A DNA stretch of 64,000 bases, taken from the NCBI GenBank assembly GCA_963815655.1, contig CAWFHK010000001.1, positions 1,697,201-1,761,200 on the forward strand. The letters run 5' to 3'. This stretch comes from an uncultured Acidobacteriota bacterium (GTDB lineage: Bacteria > Acidobacteriota > Thermoanaerobaculia > UBA5066 > Gp7-AA6). Both the position numbers and the translations under genes were made by a program. The notes beneath the pieces were generated by a model that was given only the letters and a program-made list of their open reading frames with translations, searched no databases and was not told the origin of the DNA. Positions 16,550 through 26,255 of this stretch are shown here, piece after piece (the stretch's first letter is position 1; the number at the start of each line of letters is the position of its first letter).

Positions 16550-17665
16550 GTGAAAGTCGCGATTGACGCGCGGGCGCTGCTGCCTCCGGCGACCGGGATC
16601 GGCACCTACACGCGCGGCATCGCCCGGGCCCTCGCCGCGCGCGCCGGCGTCGAGGTGCGTCTCTTCACGCCGCGGCCGCTTCCGGAGGCCGAGCGCCTCG
16701 GTCCCTGGAGCGTGGGCGCGGACCGTGGCGGCCCGGGGACTCTCTGGGTCCAGACGACCCTCCCGCGGCGCGCCCGGGAATGGGGGGCCGACGTGCTGCT
16801 CGCCGCCCTGACGATCGGCCCGGTGCGGGACGGCCTCCCTTTCGTGTCCGTTGTTCATGACCTGACGCCGTGGACGCATCCGGAGTGGCATGCGCTGCGG
16901 ACTCTCCTGGGCTTCGCTCCCCTCTGGGAGCGGACCGCGGAGAGGGCCGCGCGCTTCGTCTGCGTCTCGGCCGCGACCGCGCGGCAGCTGACCCGCGCGT
17001 ATCCGGAGACGCGGGCGCGCGTGCGCGTCGCCGCCAATGGAGTGGACCCGGATTTCGCCCCGGCGCCGGAAGGGCCCGCGCTCGAAACGACGCGCCGGCG
17101 TTACGCGGACGGGCGCCGGTACATCCTGTATCTCGGGACGCTCGAGCCGCGCAAGAGCGTCGAGACACTGGTCGCCGCCTGCGACCTCCTCTGGAACCGA
17201 GGCGGGCCGGCCCCCGATCTCGTCCTTGCGGGCGGGTCCGGCTGGAAGACGTCGGCCCTCTTCGACCGGATCGCGCGCTCGCCGTGGCGCGGGAAGATCC
17301 ACCTCGCGGGCTACGCCGGCCGCGGGGCCGCCCGGGACCTGTACCAGGCGGCGGAGGTCTTCGTCTATCCCTCGCTCGAGGAGGGCTTCGGCCTTCCCGT
17401 GCTGGAGGCCATGGCCTGCGGAATTCCCGTCGTGGCGTCCACGGCGGAGGCGCTCGTCGAGGTCGCCGGCGACGCCGCTCTCTTCGCGGCGCCCGGGGAC
17501 GCGCCGGGACTCGCGCGCGAGATCGAGCGCGCGATGGAGGATCCCGCGACCCGGGGCCGCCTCGCGGCCGCCGGACCGCGGCGCGCGGCGCGGTTCTCCT
17601 GGGAGGCCGCGGGCGCAGCCACCGCCGCGGCCCTCGCGGAGGCCGCCGGGGAGACGCCGCCGTGA
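16550..17665 (+). CDS. Glycosyltransferase, GT4 family (GT-B fold)
   Basis: 371 aa, GTG start; EGFGLPVLEAMACGIPVV signature. Confidence 0.85.
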   Translation: MKVAIDARALLPPATGIGTYTRGIARALAARAGVEVRLFTPRPLPEAERLGPWSVGADRGGPGTLWVQTTLPRRAREWGADVLLAALTIGPVRDGLPFVSVVHDLTPWTHPEWHALRTLLGFAPLWERTAERAARFVCVSAATARQLTRAYPETRARVRVAANGVDPDFAPAPEGPALETTRRRYADGRRYILYLGTLEPRKSVETLVAACDLLWNRGGPAPDLVLAGGSGWKTSALFDRIARSPWRGKIHLAGYAGRGAARDLYQAAEVFVYPSLEEGFGLPVLEAMACGIPVVASTAEALVEVAGDAALFAAPGDAPGLAREIERAMEDPATRGRLAAAGPRRAARFSWEAAGAATAAALAEAAGETPP

Positions 17666-18804
17666 CGCGGATCGGCATCGACGCGCGCAAGCTGAAGGAC
17701 TACGGCATCGGTTCCTACATCCGCAACCTCCTCGAGGCGATCGGCAGGCTCCCCGAGTCCCGCGCCTACCGCTTCCGCGTGTACGCGCGCCGCGCCGACG
17801 GCGACGACCTCCCGGACCTGCCCGAGCACTTCGAGGTCTCGTACGACGATTCCCCCGGCTATTCCGTCGCGGAGTTGACGCGCTTCGCCTGGAGGCTGAT
17901 GCGGGACCGGCTCGACCTGTTCCACGCGACGCACTACGTCCTGCCGCCTCTCTGGAGGAGGAAGACCCGCGCCGTGGTGACGATCCACGACATCATCCAT
18001 CTGCTCTACCCGCAGTTCCTTCCCAACCGCGCGGCGCTTCTCTACGCGCGCTTCATGATCCGGCGGGCGCTCACGCGCGCCGACCGCATCGTCACCGTCT
18101 CGGAAAACACGCGGCGGGACCTCGTGGACTACTTCGGGATCCCGGCCGCGCGCATCGAGGTGATCTACAACGGCGTCTCTCCCCGGTTTCACCCCGACAT
18201 TCCCCGCGAGGAGAAGGAGCGCGTCGCCGCGAAGCTCGGGCTCACGTTTCCGTATCTCCTTTTTCTCGGCGGCGAGAAGCCGCACAAGAACGTCCAGAAC
18301 GTGGTCCGCGCGTTCGCGAAGGCCCGGCAGGAGCGGTCGCTTCCGCACCGGCTCGTGCTCGCCGGCGCTCTGCCCCCCAACCCGGCCCGGCTGGACGCCC
18401 TGATCGCGGCGCTCGAGCTGACGGCGGCCGTGCGCCGCCCCGGCGTGGTCGAGGATGCGGACCTGCCGGCGCTCTTCGCCGGCGCGGAGGCGTTTCTCTA
18501 CCCGACGCTGTACGAGGGCTTCGGCCTCCCGGTCGTGGAGGCGATGGCCTGCGGAACCCCGGTCCTGACCTCCGCGACCTCGGCCCTTCAGGAGATCGCG
18601 GGCGCCAATGCCCGCCTCGTGGATCCCATGGACGTGGACGCCATCGCGTCGGGCATCGCGAGCCTGGCGACGGACGCGGAGGCCCGAGCGGAGCTCGCCG
18701 CGCTCGGGAAGAGGCGCGCCCTCGACTTCTCCTGGGACAAGGCCGCCCGCCGCACCCTCGACGTCTACGCCGCCGCCCTCCGCGCCGCAGGGCGGAGGAC
18801 GTAA
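17662..18804 (+). CDS. Glycosyltransferase, GT4 family
   Basis: VTRIGIDARKLKDYGIGSYIRNL... and EGFGLPVVEAMACGTPVL. GTG 17662 overlaps the upstream TGA (GTGA). The track ORF 16870-18804 is an upstream over-extension of this frame. Confidence 0.85.
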   Translation: MTRIGIDARKLKDYGIGSYIRNLLEAIGRLPESRAYRFRVYARRADGDDLPDLPEHFEVSYDDSPGYSVAELTRFAWRLMRDRLDLFHATHYVLPPLWRRKTRAVVTIHDIIHLLYPQFLPNRAALLYARFMIRRALTRADRIVTVSENTRRDLVDYFGIPAARIEVIYNGVSPRFHPDIPREEKERVAAKLGLTFPYLLFLGGEKPHKNVQNVVRAFAKARQERSLPHRLVLAGALPPNPARLDALIAALELTAAVRRPGVVEDADLPALFAGAEAFLYPTLYEGFGLPVVEAMACGTPVLTSATSALQEIAGANARLVDPMDVDAIASGIASLATDAEARAELAALGKRRALDFSWDKAARRTLDVYAAALRAAGRRT

Positions 18805-18895
18805 GACGTGAAACGTGAAACGTGAGACGGAAGACGTGAGCAAGACGAACGGATCTCTCGGCGCTTCGTTTGACGTTTCACGTCTGACGTCTCAC
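18799..18895. repeat. Inverted heptamer micro-array hairpin (ACGTGAR family)
   Basis: acgtaagacgtgaaacgtgaaacgtgagacggaagacgtgag ... tcgtttgacgtttcacgtctgacgtctcacg; lies between two glycosyltransferase genes. Confidence 0.85.
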
Positions 18896-18909
18896 GGCTC
18901 CGGTGGCTC

Positions 18910-20037
18910 ATGAGGACCGCCGTCGTTCACGACTGGTTGAACGGGATGCGGGGGGGCGAGAAGGTCCTCGAGGCGATGCTGCCGCTCCTGCCGGAGCCGA
19001 CGGTCTTCACGCTGTTTCATGTCCCGGGATCCGTGTCGGGCGGAATCGAGAAATATCCGATCCGCGTCTCGTCCCTGAACCGCCTCCCCTTCGCGCGCAA
19101 GCACTACCGGCACTACCTGCCCCTCTTTCCGCGCGCCGTCGAGTCGTTCGATCTCTCGGGCTTCGACCTCGTCGTCTCCTCCTCCCACTGCGTCGCCAAG
19201 GGGGCGATCGCGCCGCCGGGCGTCCCGCATCTCTGCTACTGCCACACCCCGGTGCGCTACGCCTACGAACAGTTGGACGCGTACTTCCCCGCCGGGCGCA
19301 CGCGCTGGCGGGCGCTCAAGACCTTCGCCGTCGGCCGCCTGCGCCGCTGGGACCAGGAGACAGCGGGGAGGCCGGCTCGGTATCTGGCCAACTCTTCCGC
19401 CGTGGCCGAGCGGATCCGCCGCCACTACGGGCGGGAGGCGTCTGTCTGCCACCCTCCGGTGGACGTGGATTTCTTCACGCCGGGACCCGAGGGACGCGGG
19501 AGCTTCCTCCTCGCCGTCGGGGCGCTCGTCCCCTACAAGAGATACGAGGAGGCGATCGCGGCCGCTCGCGGCGTGGGCCGGCCGCTCGTCCTCGTGGGAG
19601 GCGGGCCGGAGGAGAAGCGCCTCCGCGCTCTGGCCGGTCCCTCCGTAGAGATCCTCGTGAACCTCGCCCCGGAAGAGTTGCGCCGGCTCTACCGGACCTG
19701 CGCCTTCTTCGTCCAGCCCGGCGAGGAGGACTTCGGCATGGCGGCGGTCGAGGCGCTCGCCTGCGGCGCTCCCGTCGTGGCGCTCTCGCGCGGCGGGGCG
19801 CGCGACGTCGTGCGCGACGGCGTCAACGGCCTGCTCTACGGCCCGGAAGAGCCCGGCGGCCTCGCGGGCGCGGTCGAGCGCGCGGCCCGGATCCGGTTCG
19901 ATTACACTGCTTTGCGCGAGTCGGCGCTCCCCTTCGCCCGGGAGCGCTTCGAGCTGCAATTCCGGCAGGAGGTAGACGCCCTGCTCCGAGAGAAAGCTGA
20001 GAGCGGAAAGCTGACAGCTGAGACCTTCGTCGAATGA
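18910..20037 (+). CDS. Glycosyltransferase, GT4 family
   Basis: 375 aa; MRTAVVHDWLNGMRGGEKVLE N-terminus and EEDFGMAAVEALACGAPVV. Confidence 0.85.
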   Translation: MRTAVVHDWLNGMRGGEKVLEAMLPLLPEPTVFTLFHVPGSVSGGIEKYPIRVSSLNRLPFARKHYRHYLPLFPRAVESFDLSGFDLVVSSSHCVAKGAIAPPGVPHLCYCHTPVRYAYEQLDAYFPAGRTRWRALKTFAVGRLRRWDQETAGRPARYLANSSAVAERIRRHYGREASVCHPPVDVDFFTPGPEGRGSFLLAVGALVPYKRYEEAIAAARGVGRPLVLVGGGPEEKRLRALAGPSVEILVNLAPEELRRLYRTCAFFVQPGEEDFGMAAVEALACGAPVVALSRGGARDVVRDGVNGLLYGPEEPGGLAGAVERAARIRFDYTALRESALPFARERFELQFRQEVDALLREKAESGKLTAETFVE

Positions 20038-21437
20038 TCCAGAAGTCCACGCGCCGCATCGCGGCCCTCTTCCTGGCATCGGACCTCGTCGCGACGCTCG
20101 CCGCCCTCGTCGGCGCCTACGCGCTGCGCTTCCGCGCGGAGATCGTTCCGGTCACCAAGGGCGTTCCCGACGCCTCGACCTACCTCAAGCTCTTCCCCCT
20201 GATCGCCGTCCTCTGGCCGGTCGTTTACTACTTCTACGGGCTCTACAGCGTGCGGCACAACCGCTCGCGGATCGAGGAAGCGTTCGCCGTCCTTGTGGCC
20301 ACCGGCCTCGCGACGCTCCTCCTGACCGGGGTCGCGACGTTCTACCGCGGCTTCTCCTACTCGCGGCTCGTCCTGCTCCTCTTCTTCATCGCCGACGTTC
20401 TCTTCGTCTTCGCGGGCCGGACCGCGATCCGCCGCTACCTCGAGGAGGCGTGGCGCCACGGGTTCGGCGTCCGCCACGTGCTCATCGTCGGGGCCGGGCG
20501 CCTCGGGCGGGCCGTCATCGACAAGCTCGCCGAACATCCCGAGGCGGGTCTGCGCGCCGTCGCGATGCTGGACGACGATCCGGAGATCCGGGCAACGGAG
20601 TACCGCGGCATCCCGGTCGCCGGCGCGACGGACGAGGCCGCGGCCGTGGTCGAGCGCCTCGGCGTGGACACGGTCTTCCTGGCCCTGCCGCTCGAGGCCC
20701 ACCGCACAATGCTCGCGGTCTTGAAGGAGGTCGGCCGGACCGTCGCCGACGTCCGGGTCGTGCCGGACCTCCTCCAGCACATCACCTTCCGGGCGGGCGT
20801 CGAGGACCTCGACGGCCTGCCGGTCGTTCACCTGACGCAGGTGCCGCTCTCGGGATGGATGAGCCTCGTCAAGCGGACGGTGGACCTCTTCGTCTCGAGC
20901 GCCGCCCTCGCCGCCCTCTCCCCCGTCCTCGCGGCGATCGCCCTGGCGATCCGGCGGGAGGACCGGGGCCCGGTCTTCTACCGGCAGCGGCGCATGGGGC
21001 TGGACGGGCGTCCCTTCGACATCCTGAAGTTCCGCTCCATGGTCCCCGGGGCCGAGGACGAGTCGGGGCCCACCTGGGCGAGCCCCGCCGACCCGCGCCG
21101 CACGCGCGTGGGGCGCTTCCTGCGGCGCTGGAGCCTGGACGAGCTCCCGCAGCTCGTCAACGTCCTGCGGGGGGAGATGTCCCTGGTCGGCCCGCGCCCC
21201 GAGCGGCCCGAGTTCGTTCGGGAGTTCAAGGAAACCTTCCCGCAGTACATGCTGCGCCACCGCGTGCGCGCCGGGATGACCGGCTGGGCCCAGGTCCACG
21301 GCTGGCGCGGCAACACGAGCTTGACGAAGCGGATCGAGTACGACCTCTACTACATCGAGAACTGGACGCTCTCCCTCGACGTCAAGATCCTCTGGCTGAC
21401 GCTGCGCCACGGCCTGACGCACCGCAACGCGTACTAG
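20034..21437 (+). CDS. Polyprenyl-phosphate hexose-1-phosphate transferase (WbaP/WcaJ-type priming sugar transferase)
   Basis: 467 aa; N-terminal TM helices. C-terminal FDILKFRSM ... [22 protein letters not shown] ... [17 protein letters not shown]. Confidence 0.88.
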   Translation: MIQKSTRRIAALFLASDLVATLAALVGAYALRFRAEIVPVTKGVPDASTYLKLFPLIAVLWPVVYYFYGLYSVRHNRSRIEEAFAVLVATGLATLLLTGVATFYRGFSYSRLVLLLFFIADVLFVFAGRTAIRRYLEEAWRHGFGVRHVLIVGAGRLGRAVIDKLAEHPEAGLRAVAMLDDDPEIRATEYRGIPVAGATDEAAAVVERLGVDTVFLALPLEAHRTMLAVLKEVGRTVADVRVVPDLLQHITFRAGVEDLDGLPVVHLTQVPLSGWMSLVKRTVDLFVSSAALAALSPVLAAIALAIRREDRGPVFYRQRRMGLDGRPFDILKFRSMVPGAEDESGPTWASPADPRRTRVGRFLRRWSLDELPQLVNVLRGEMSLVGPRPERPEFVREFKETFPQYMLRHRVRAGMTGWAQVHGWRGNTSLTKRIEYDLYYIENWTLSLDVKILWLTLRHGLTHRNAY

Positions 21438-21444
21438 AAGCGCT

Positions 21445-21484
21445 CGAGGGTCCAAGGTCCAAAGTCCAAGGTCCAAAGTAGCCC
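21445..21484. repeat. (AAGGTCC)x4 heptamer array, inverted copy of 11161-11200
   Basis: cgagggtccaaggtccaaagtccaaggtccaaagtagccc. Confidence 0.9.
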
Positions 21485-21547
21485 GCATGGCTCTTGTCGC
21501 GCTCATCGTGCCGTAGGGGTGGGCCTTTGCGCCCGCCCGCCTCTGCC
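21485..21547. repeat. REP family C unit (..gtcgcgctcaNcgNgccgtaggggNgg(c)cctt(t)gcg(g)ccgcccgcctc..)
   Basis: Near-identical to 35588-35648; the core recurs inverted at 35803-35832. Confidence 0.8.
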
Positions 21548-21565
21548 GGTGAAGACACGAGACGC

Positions 21566-21586
21566 GGGAGGGGCGAGCCCCTCCCC
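21566..21586. terminator. GC hairpin between convergent genes (gggagggg cgag cccctccc)
   Basis: Perfect 8-bp stem and 4-nt loop between the sugar transferase (+) and transglutaminase gene (-). No U-tract, so terminator function is an inference. Confidence 0.35.
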
Positions 21587-21645
21587 GACAGCACCATCTC
21601 CTGAGCCGCCGTCGCGCCTTCGTAACGACGAAAGACCTGGCCCGG

Positions 21646-23673
21646 TTACGCCAGCTTCTTCAGGCGGGCCATTCGCTCCTTCAGCTCCCGCTCCTCTCCG
21701 GGCGCCAGGGGGCGACCGCCGAAGGCGGCGGCGCAGTAGATCGCGACGACGCGACGGGCGTCGCCGCGGGCGGGCGGAACGGCGTTTCCGAAGAGGCGGG
21801 CGACCTCGAAGGGAGGAACGGCGGGAGAAAGGGCACCGACTCTCGCCGCGAGGAGGCGCCGCAGGATGAGATACGCGCGCGTCGCGGCGGACGCGGCGGG
21901 CCGGCGCGCGGCGCGCCGGACGAGGACGAAGACGAGGACGGCGAGAAGGGCGAGGCCTGCGGCGAAGCCGGCGGGGCGAAGCTCCCGCGACCGGAAGACG
22001 TCCTTCCACGAGGCGAGGCCCTGGCCGACGCCGGCCGCGGCCTGGCGGACCGCCTCGATGATCCGCGCCTGATCGAGCGAATCGAACCCCAGGATCCGGC
22101 GGTCGTAGAAGAACTCGATCTCGCGGCCGAGGTTCGAGAAGAACCGGCGCCAGGAGAGACGGCTCTCCGCCGGCGGAATGCCGGCGTCCGGCGTCGGGTC
22201 GAGAACGGTGAATCCCTTCCCGTCGATGTCCGCTTCCACCCAGGCGTGCAGGTTGCCGCCGCGCACGACGAGCGCGCGGGAGAGGAGCCCGACTTCTCCG
22301 CCGTAGGACCCGGTCACGAGGCGCGACGGGATCCCGCGCGCCGTGAGCATCATCGCGGCCGCCGAGGCGAAGAACTCGCAGTGGCCGGCGCGCGAGTGCA
22401 GGAGGAAGTTCACGAGGGGATCGCCCCGGCCGCGCGGAGGCGAGAGCGTGTAGAGGAAGTTCCGGGTGAAGTTGTCGCGGATGCGGGTGTAGATCTCCAT
22501 CGGCTCCGTCAGGCCGGCGGTCAGCGTTTCCGCGTAGTCGCGGATCTCCGGCGGCACGGAAGCCGGGTCGATGACGCTCGAGCCGGCGCCCCGCGGCTCG
22601 ACCCCGCGCACGGCGGCCGTGTAGTGCACCGACCGGGCGCCGCCGGGGAGCCGGACCAGCCCGTCCCGGAGCGGCGTCGCGAAGTCCCGCTCGACCTGGA
22701 GCTGCTCCGCGCCGTACGGGAGGAAAAGGAAGCCCTCGGTGGAGACGTTCAGGTCGACCGCGAGCCGGCCGATGAGCAGCCGCTGCGCCCGGGTCTCCAG
22801 CGGCAGCCGCTCGGCCGCCGGCACGCGGCTGCGCGCCCCTCCCCCGCGGGTCCAGACCCCGCGCGCGTACTCCGTGAAGACGGCCTCGCGCAGCCGCAGG
22901 ACGCGCGGGAGCGCCGGCTGGGGCTCGACCTCCATCCGCAGGACGATCTGGTTGCTGCGCTTGGCGGAGCCGAAGGACTCCAGGTCCACACGGTCGGCCG
23001 AAAGTGTCGTCGAGAACGCGTCCTCGACCCGGAACGGAGCCGTCGCGAACGGACGGCGCAGCCTCGGCAGCGTGTAGAAGAGGGGGCCCGTGATCACCGC
23101 GCCGATCAGGATCGCGGTCGCCGCCATGCCGCGCGTGGGGACCGACCGCAGGACGCGCGCCGGAGGCGCGTCCTCGAAGTCCGCCAGCACGGCCAGCCGG
23201 GCGAGCGCCCGGAATCCCAGCAACGCCACGGCGCCGAAGTAGAGGAGCGAGGAGACGTGCGTCGAGGAGGACGCGGACGCGACCATGATGAGGAAGATCA
23301 CGAGGAGAGCCGTGCGCACCTCGCCCGAACGCTTGAGCGACGCGAGCTTCGCGACCGCGGTGAAGAGGAGCAGGTGGGAGACCGAGCGCAGGAGCCCGTG
23401 CCGGAGCGTCAGGACCTCGAACGCGAGCCAGAGGAGATACCCGAGTCCGAGCACGTTCAGGGCCGCGTTGGACAGTCTCGCCGGGCGGCCTCCCCGCGCG
23501 CGCCACCAGAGAAACAGGATCGCGCATTCGTAGAGGAGGAGGCCGAAGGCCGAAGCGCCCTCCGTCCACAAGAGCGGCAGCGGCGCGGCGAGCGCCAGCG
23601 GCGCGAGCACCTCGAAGAAGGCGCGGCGCAGCCCGGCGGGGAGCTCGGGACCGGCGCTCACGTCACGAACCAC
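21646..23673 (-). CDS. Transglutaminase-like membrane protein (TgpA-type: multi-TM N-terminus plus transglutaminase core)
   Basis: 675 aa; RAGHCEFFASAAAMMLTARGIPSRLVTGSYGG catalytic Cys region. Hydrophobic N-terminal third and a C-terminal TM. Confidence 0.85.
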   Translation of the reverse strand: MVRDVSAGPELPAGLRRAFFEVLAPLALAAPLPLLWTEGASAFGLLLYECAILFLWWRARGGRPARLSNAALNVLGLGYLLWLAFEVLTLRHGLLRSVSHLLLFTAVAKLASLKRSGEVRTALLVIFLIMVASASSSTHVSSLLYFGAVALLGFRALARLAVLADFEDAPPARVLRSVPTRGMAATAILIGAVITGPLFYTLPRLRRPFATAPFRVEDAFSTTLSADRVDLESFGSAKRSNQIVLRMEVEPQPALPRVLRLREAVFTEYARGVWTRGGGARSRVPAAERLPLETRAQRLLIGRLAVDLNVSTEGFLFLPYGAEQLQVERDFATPLRDGLVRLPGGARSVHYTAAVRGVEPRGAGSSVIDPASVPPEIRDYAETLTAGLTEPMEIYTRIRDNFTRNFLYTLSPPRGRGDPLVNFLLHSRAGHCEFFASAAAMMLTARGIPSRLVTGSYGGEVGLLSRALVVRGGNLHAWVEADIDGKGFTVLDPTPDAGIPPAESRLSWRRFFSNLGREIEFFYDRRILGFDSLDQARIIEAVRQAAAGVGQGLASWKDVFRSRELRPAGFAAGLALLAVLVFVLVRRAARRPAASAATRAYLILRRLLAARVGALSPAVPPFEVARLFGNAVPPARGDARRVVAIYCAAAFGGRPLAPGEERELKERMARLKKLA

Positions 23674-24644
23674 CGCAGCTCGCCGCGGCGGACCGGCGCG
23701 AAGGCGGGCGCGGCGGCGGGATCCGTCGCCTCGAGCCGGGCGAGCGCGTCCAGGATCCGCGTGCGCTGCCCGCGGCCGCTCGAGGGCGGCACGCGGACGT
23801 TGCGGGCCTGGAATCCGACTTCGCCGTCTCGCGAGAGGAGGAGGACCGCCTGGCCCGCGCAGCGCGAGATCCGGCGCTCGAAGTCCACGCGCGCGGCCGG
23901 GTCCGCCGGGTCCGCGAGCGCGTTGTCGAGCGCGAGGATCACGACGCGGTCCCGCTCCGCCTCGCGCTCGCGGACGATCCAGTGGCGCATTCGAGCCGAC
24001 TGCTTCCAGTGCAGGTCGCGCGGATCGTCCCCGGGCACGAAGTCGCGCAGCATCCGGATCTCCGCGCCTCCCCCGCGCCGGCGCGGGTGCGGGCGCCCGC
24101 CGCGCGAGTCCTCCGGCGTCACCCGCGCGACGGGGCTCGCCTCCGGCATCGGGTAGACGACGACCTCCCGGGCGAGCCTCGCGTGGCGGTACTTGCGAAA
24201 GAGGCCGATCGGAAAGCGCGACAGGAGCCCGGCGTCGGCGTCCCGGTAGACGCCCCGCCGCGGATACACGCCCTCCACCATGACCTCGCGGCGCTCACCG
24301 GGCTTCAACGGATCCACCCAGAGCGGACCCGGCAGCCCCTCGTGCAGGAAGAAGAGTCCCTGCGCCGTGGCCGTCGCGAGCCGGTTCTCGAACCGGATTT
24401 TCAGGAGCGCCGGCCTGCCGGCCACGACCTCTCCCACCGGCTCGATCTCGCAGAGGACGCCGCGCACGTTGCGGCGCGAGAGGATCCCGGAGACGACCAT
24501 CGCCGCGAGCATCCCCGCGAGAACCAGGTACAACCCGTTGTTGCCCGTGTTCGTCGCCCCGATCGCGACCACCAGGCACATCAGGACGTACCCCAGCCCG
24601 AAGTTGGTGATCCGGATCTCCCACTCCGGGATCAGCCGAGTCAT
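23658..24644 (-). CDS. DUF58 family protein (vWA-like, MoxR partner)
   Basis: Start placed at ATG 24642-24644 (MTRLIPEWEIRITNFG..., two TM helices). The track's extra 30 codons run into the GATCACCC repeat hairpin. Stop overlaps the transglutaminase gene start. Confidence 0.8.
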   Translation of the reverse strand: MTRLIPEWEIRITNFGLGYVLMCLVVAIGATNTGNNGLYLVLAGMLAAMVVSGILSRRNVRGVLCEIEPVGEVVAGRPALLKIRFENRLATATAQGLFFLHEGLPGPLWVDPLKPGERREVMVEGVYPRRGVYRDADAGLLSRFPIGLFRKYRHARLAREVVVYPMPEASPVARVTPEDSRGGRPHPRRRGGGAEIRMLRDFVPGDDPRDLHWKQSARMRHWIVREREAERDRVVILALDNALADPADPAARVDFERRISRCAGQAVLLLSRDGEVGFQARNVRVPPSSGRGQRTRILDALARLEATDPAAAPAFAPVRRGELRWFVT

Positions 24645-24690
24645 GAGATACGAGCGCCTTCGCTTCGAGAGTCGGCGTTGCTCATCCAGC

Positions 24691-24790
24691 AATCGGGTGA
24701 TCGGGTGATCGAGCCATCGGGTGATCGCAGGCAATACCGGTCTCTTCGCATTTCAATCACCCGATCACCCGATCGCAGATCACCCGATTC
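24691..24790. repeat. Inverted micro-array hairpin (GATCACCC family) between MoxR and DUF58 genes
   Basis: aatcgggtgatcgggtgatcgagccatcgggtgatcg ... caatcacccgatcacccgatcgcagatcacccgattc. The core gatcacccgatcgcagatcacccgattcc also occurs at 34906-34966 and (reverse complement) 59326-59362. Confidence 0.9.
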
Positions 24791-24791
24791 C

Positions 24792-25763
24792 TCACACCGG
24801 TACGGCGACCCGGGCGAGGATCTTCTTGACCACTTCGCGCTCGTGGCCTCCCGAGCCGAAGCCGTCGGAGGAGTGGGACAGGATGCGGTGCGCGAGCACC
24901 GGCTCGGCCACGGACTGGACGTCGTCGGGAGTCGCGTAGTCGCGCCCCTGCATGAGCGCGTAGGCCTGCGTCGCGCGGAAGAGCGCCTGCGCGCCGCGCG
25001 TCGAGACCGGCAGTCGCAGGTCGGCGGCGGCGCGCGTGGCCCGCACGACCGCATGGAGATACTCGAGGAGCCGGTCGGAAACCGTCACGGCCTCGACACG
25101 ATCCTGAAGGGCCAGGACCTCCTCGGGAGCGAGCACAGCTGGAATGGCGTTCAATGCCTTCTCCGTGCCTCCGCGCCGCAGGAGCTGCTTCTCCTCCTCC
25201 TCCGTCGGATAGCCGAGCGAGAGCCGCAGAAAGAAGCGGTCCATCTGCGACTCGGGGAGCGGGTACGTCCCCAGGTACTCGACCGGGTTCTGCGTCGCGA
25301 CGACCATGAACGGCTGCGGGAGCGGCCGCCGCTCCGACTCGATCGTCACGGCGCCCTCGTTCATCGCCTCGAGCAGCGCGGACTGCGTCTTGGGAGTGGC
25401 CCGGTTGATCTCGTCGGCGAGCACGATGTTGGCGAAGATCGGGCCGGCATGGAACTCGAAGCGCTCCGTCGGAGTGTGAAAGACGGAGATCCCGAGCACG
25501 TCGGCCGGGAGCGTGTCGCTCGTGAACTGGATCCTCCGGAATTCGAGCGAGAGGCTCCGCCCGAGCGCCCGCGCGAGCGTGGTCTTGCCCACGCCCGGCA
25601 CGTCCTCGATCAGGATGTGGCCGCGGGAGAGGAGCGCGGTCAGGACGAGGTCGACGGCCCGCGGGTCGCCCCGGTAGATCAGCCGGACGTTGTCCTTCAA
25701 GCGGGTCAGGCCCCCCGCGACCCGTGCGCTCATGCGATTGACTTCATGCCGGCAAGCCTCCAA
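24792..25763 (-). CDS. MoxR-family AAA+ ATPase
   Basis: 323 aa; GHILIEDVPGVGKTTLARALG (Walker A) and IVLADEINRATPKTQSALLEAMNEG. Confidence 0.92.
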   Translation of the reverse strand: MEACRHEVNRMSARVAGGLTRLKDNVRLIYRGDPRAVDLVLTALLSRGHILIEDVPGVGKTTLARALGRSLSLEFRRIQFTSDTLPADVLGISVFHTPTERFEFHAGPIFANIVLADEINRATPKTQSALLEAMNEGAVTIESERRPLPQPFMVVATQNPVEYLGTYPLPESQMDRFFLRLSLGYPTEEEEKQLLRRGGTEKALNAIPAVLAPEEVLALQDRVEAVTVSDRLLEYLHAVVRATRAAADLRLPVSTRGAQALFRATQAYALMQGRDYATPDDVQSVAEPVLAHRILSHSSDGFGSGGHEREVVKKILARVAVPV

Positions 25764-25874
25764 TGCCGGCGTTGACGCCGGTCTCGTTCGTTGGGGAAAC
25801 AGACATGGTAGGCGTGAATTCCCCCGCGTTCAACGAGGAGAGGCCCGGACCGTACCCTGTCCGGGTTTCCCGTC

Positions 25875-26229
25875 CCCCGGCGTCGGGCCCGCCTGCCTCG
25901 TCGGCACGCGCCGGCCCGGCCGCGACAGGCAGAGCCTGGCCGGCGCTGGTCGCTCAGTCACACTGGCAGCGAGACGAATTCAGTCTTCTCTCATGCTCCT
26001 TCGCTCATCGCCTCCTCCGGCAGGCGGACCCGCCGCCGGGGAATCGCATCTCAGCTTCACGGAGAGCCCTGGAGACGGCGGCGTTTCCCGGAGGAGGCGA
26101 TGGGTGACGAGCATGGAAGAGCGCGACCGGCGCCACGATGAGACTGCGAGGAACCCTCAGCGCCGGCCGGTTCTTCGCGTTGCGGCAGGCCGGCGCGTGC
26201 CTCCAAGGGAAACGCCGCCGGCTCCGGGG
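25875..26229 (-). mobile_element. MITE-like element, copy 3 (inverted relative to copies 1 and 2; both TIRs intact)
   Basis: Ends cccccggcgtcgggcccgcctgcctcgtcggcacgcgccggccc ... ggccggcgcgtgcctccaagggaaacgccgccggctccgggg are imperfect reverse complements. Internal sequence matches 16127-16440. Confidence 0.55.
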
Positions 26230-26255
26230 CGTGTTTTTCGCGACAATCCCTTCGA

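Noticed and set aside
16870-17661. N-terminal 264 codons of the 644-aa ORF containing the second glycosyltransferase
   Set aside because: This stretch overlaps GT1 in another frame. GT-B homology begins at VTRIGIDARK (GTG 17662), which overlaps the GT1 stop.
21503-24156. Long ORFs 21503-23569 (-) and 22246-24156 (+)
   Set aside because: They are alternate frame or strand of the transglutaminase-like and DUF58 genes. They have no motifs and extreme Arg/Pro/Gly content.
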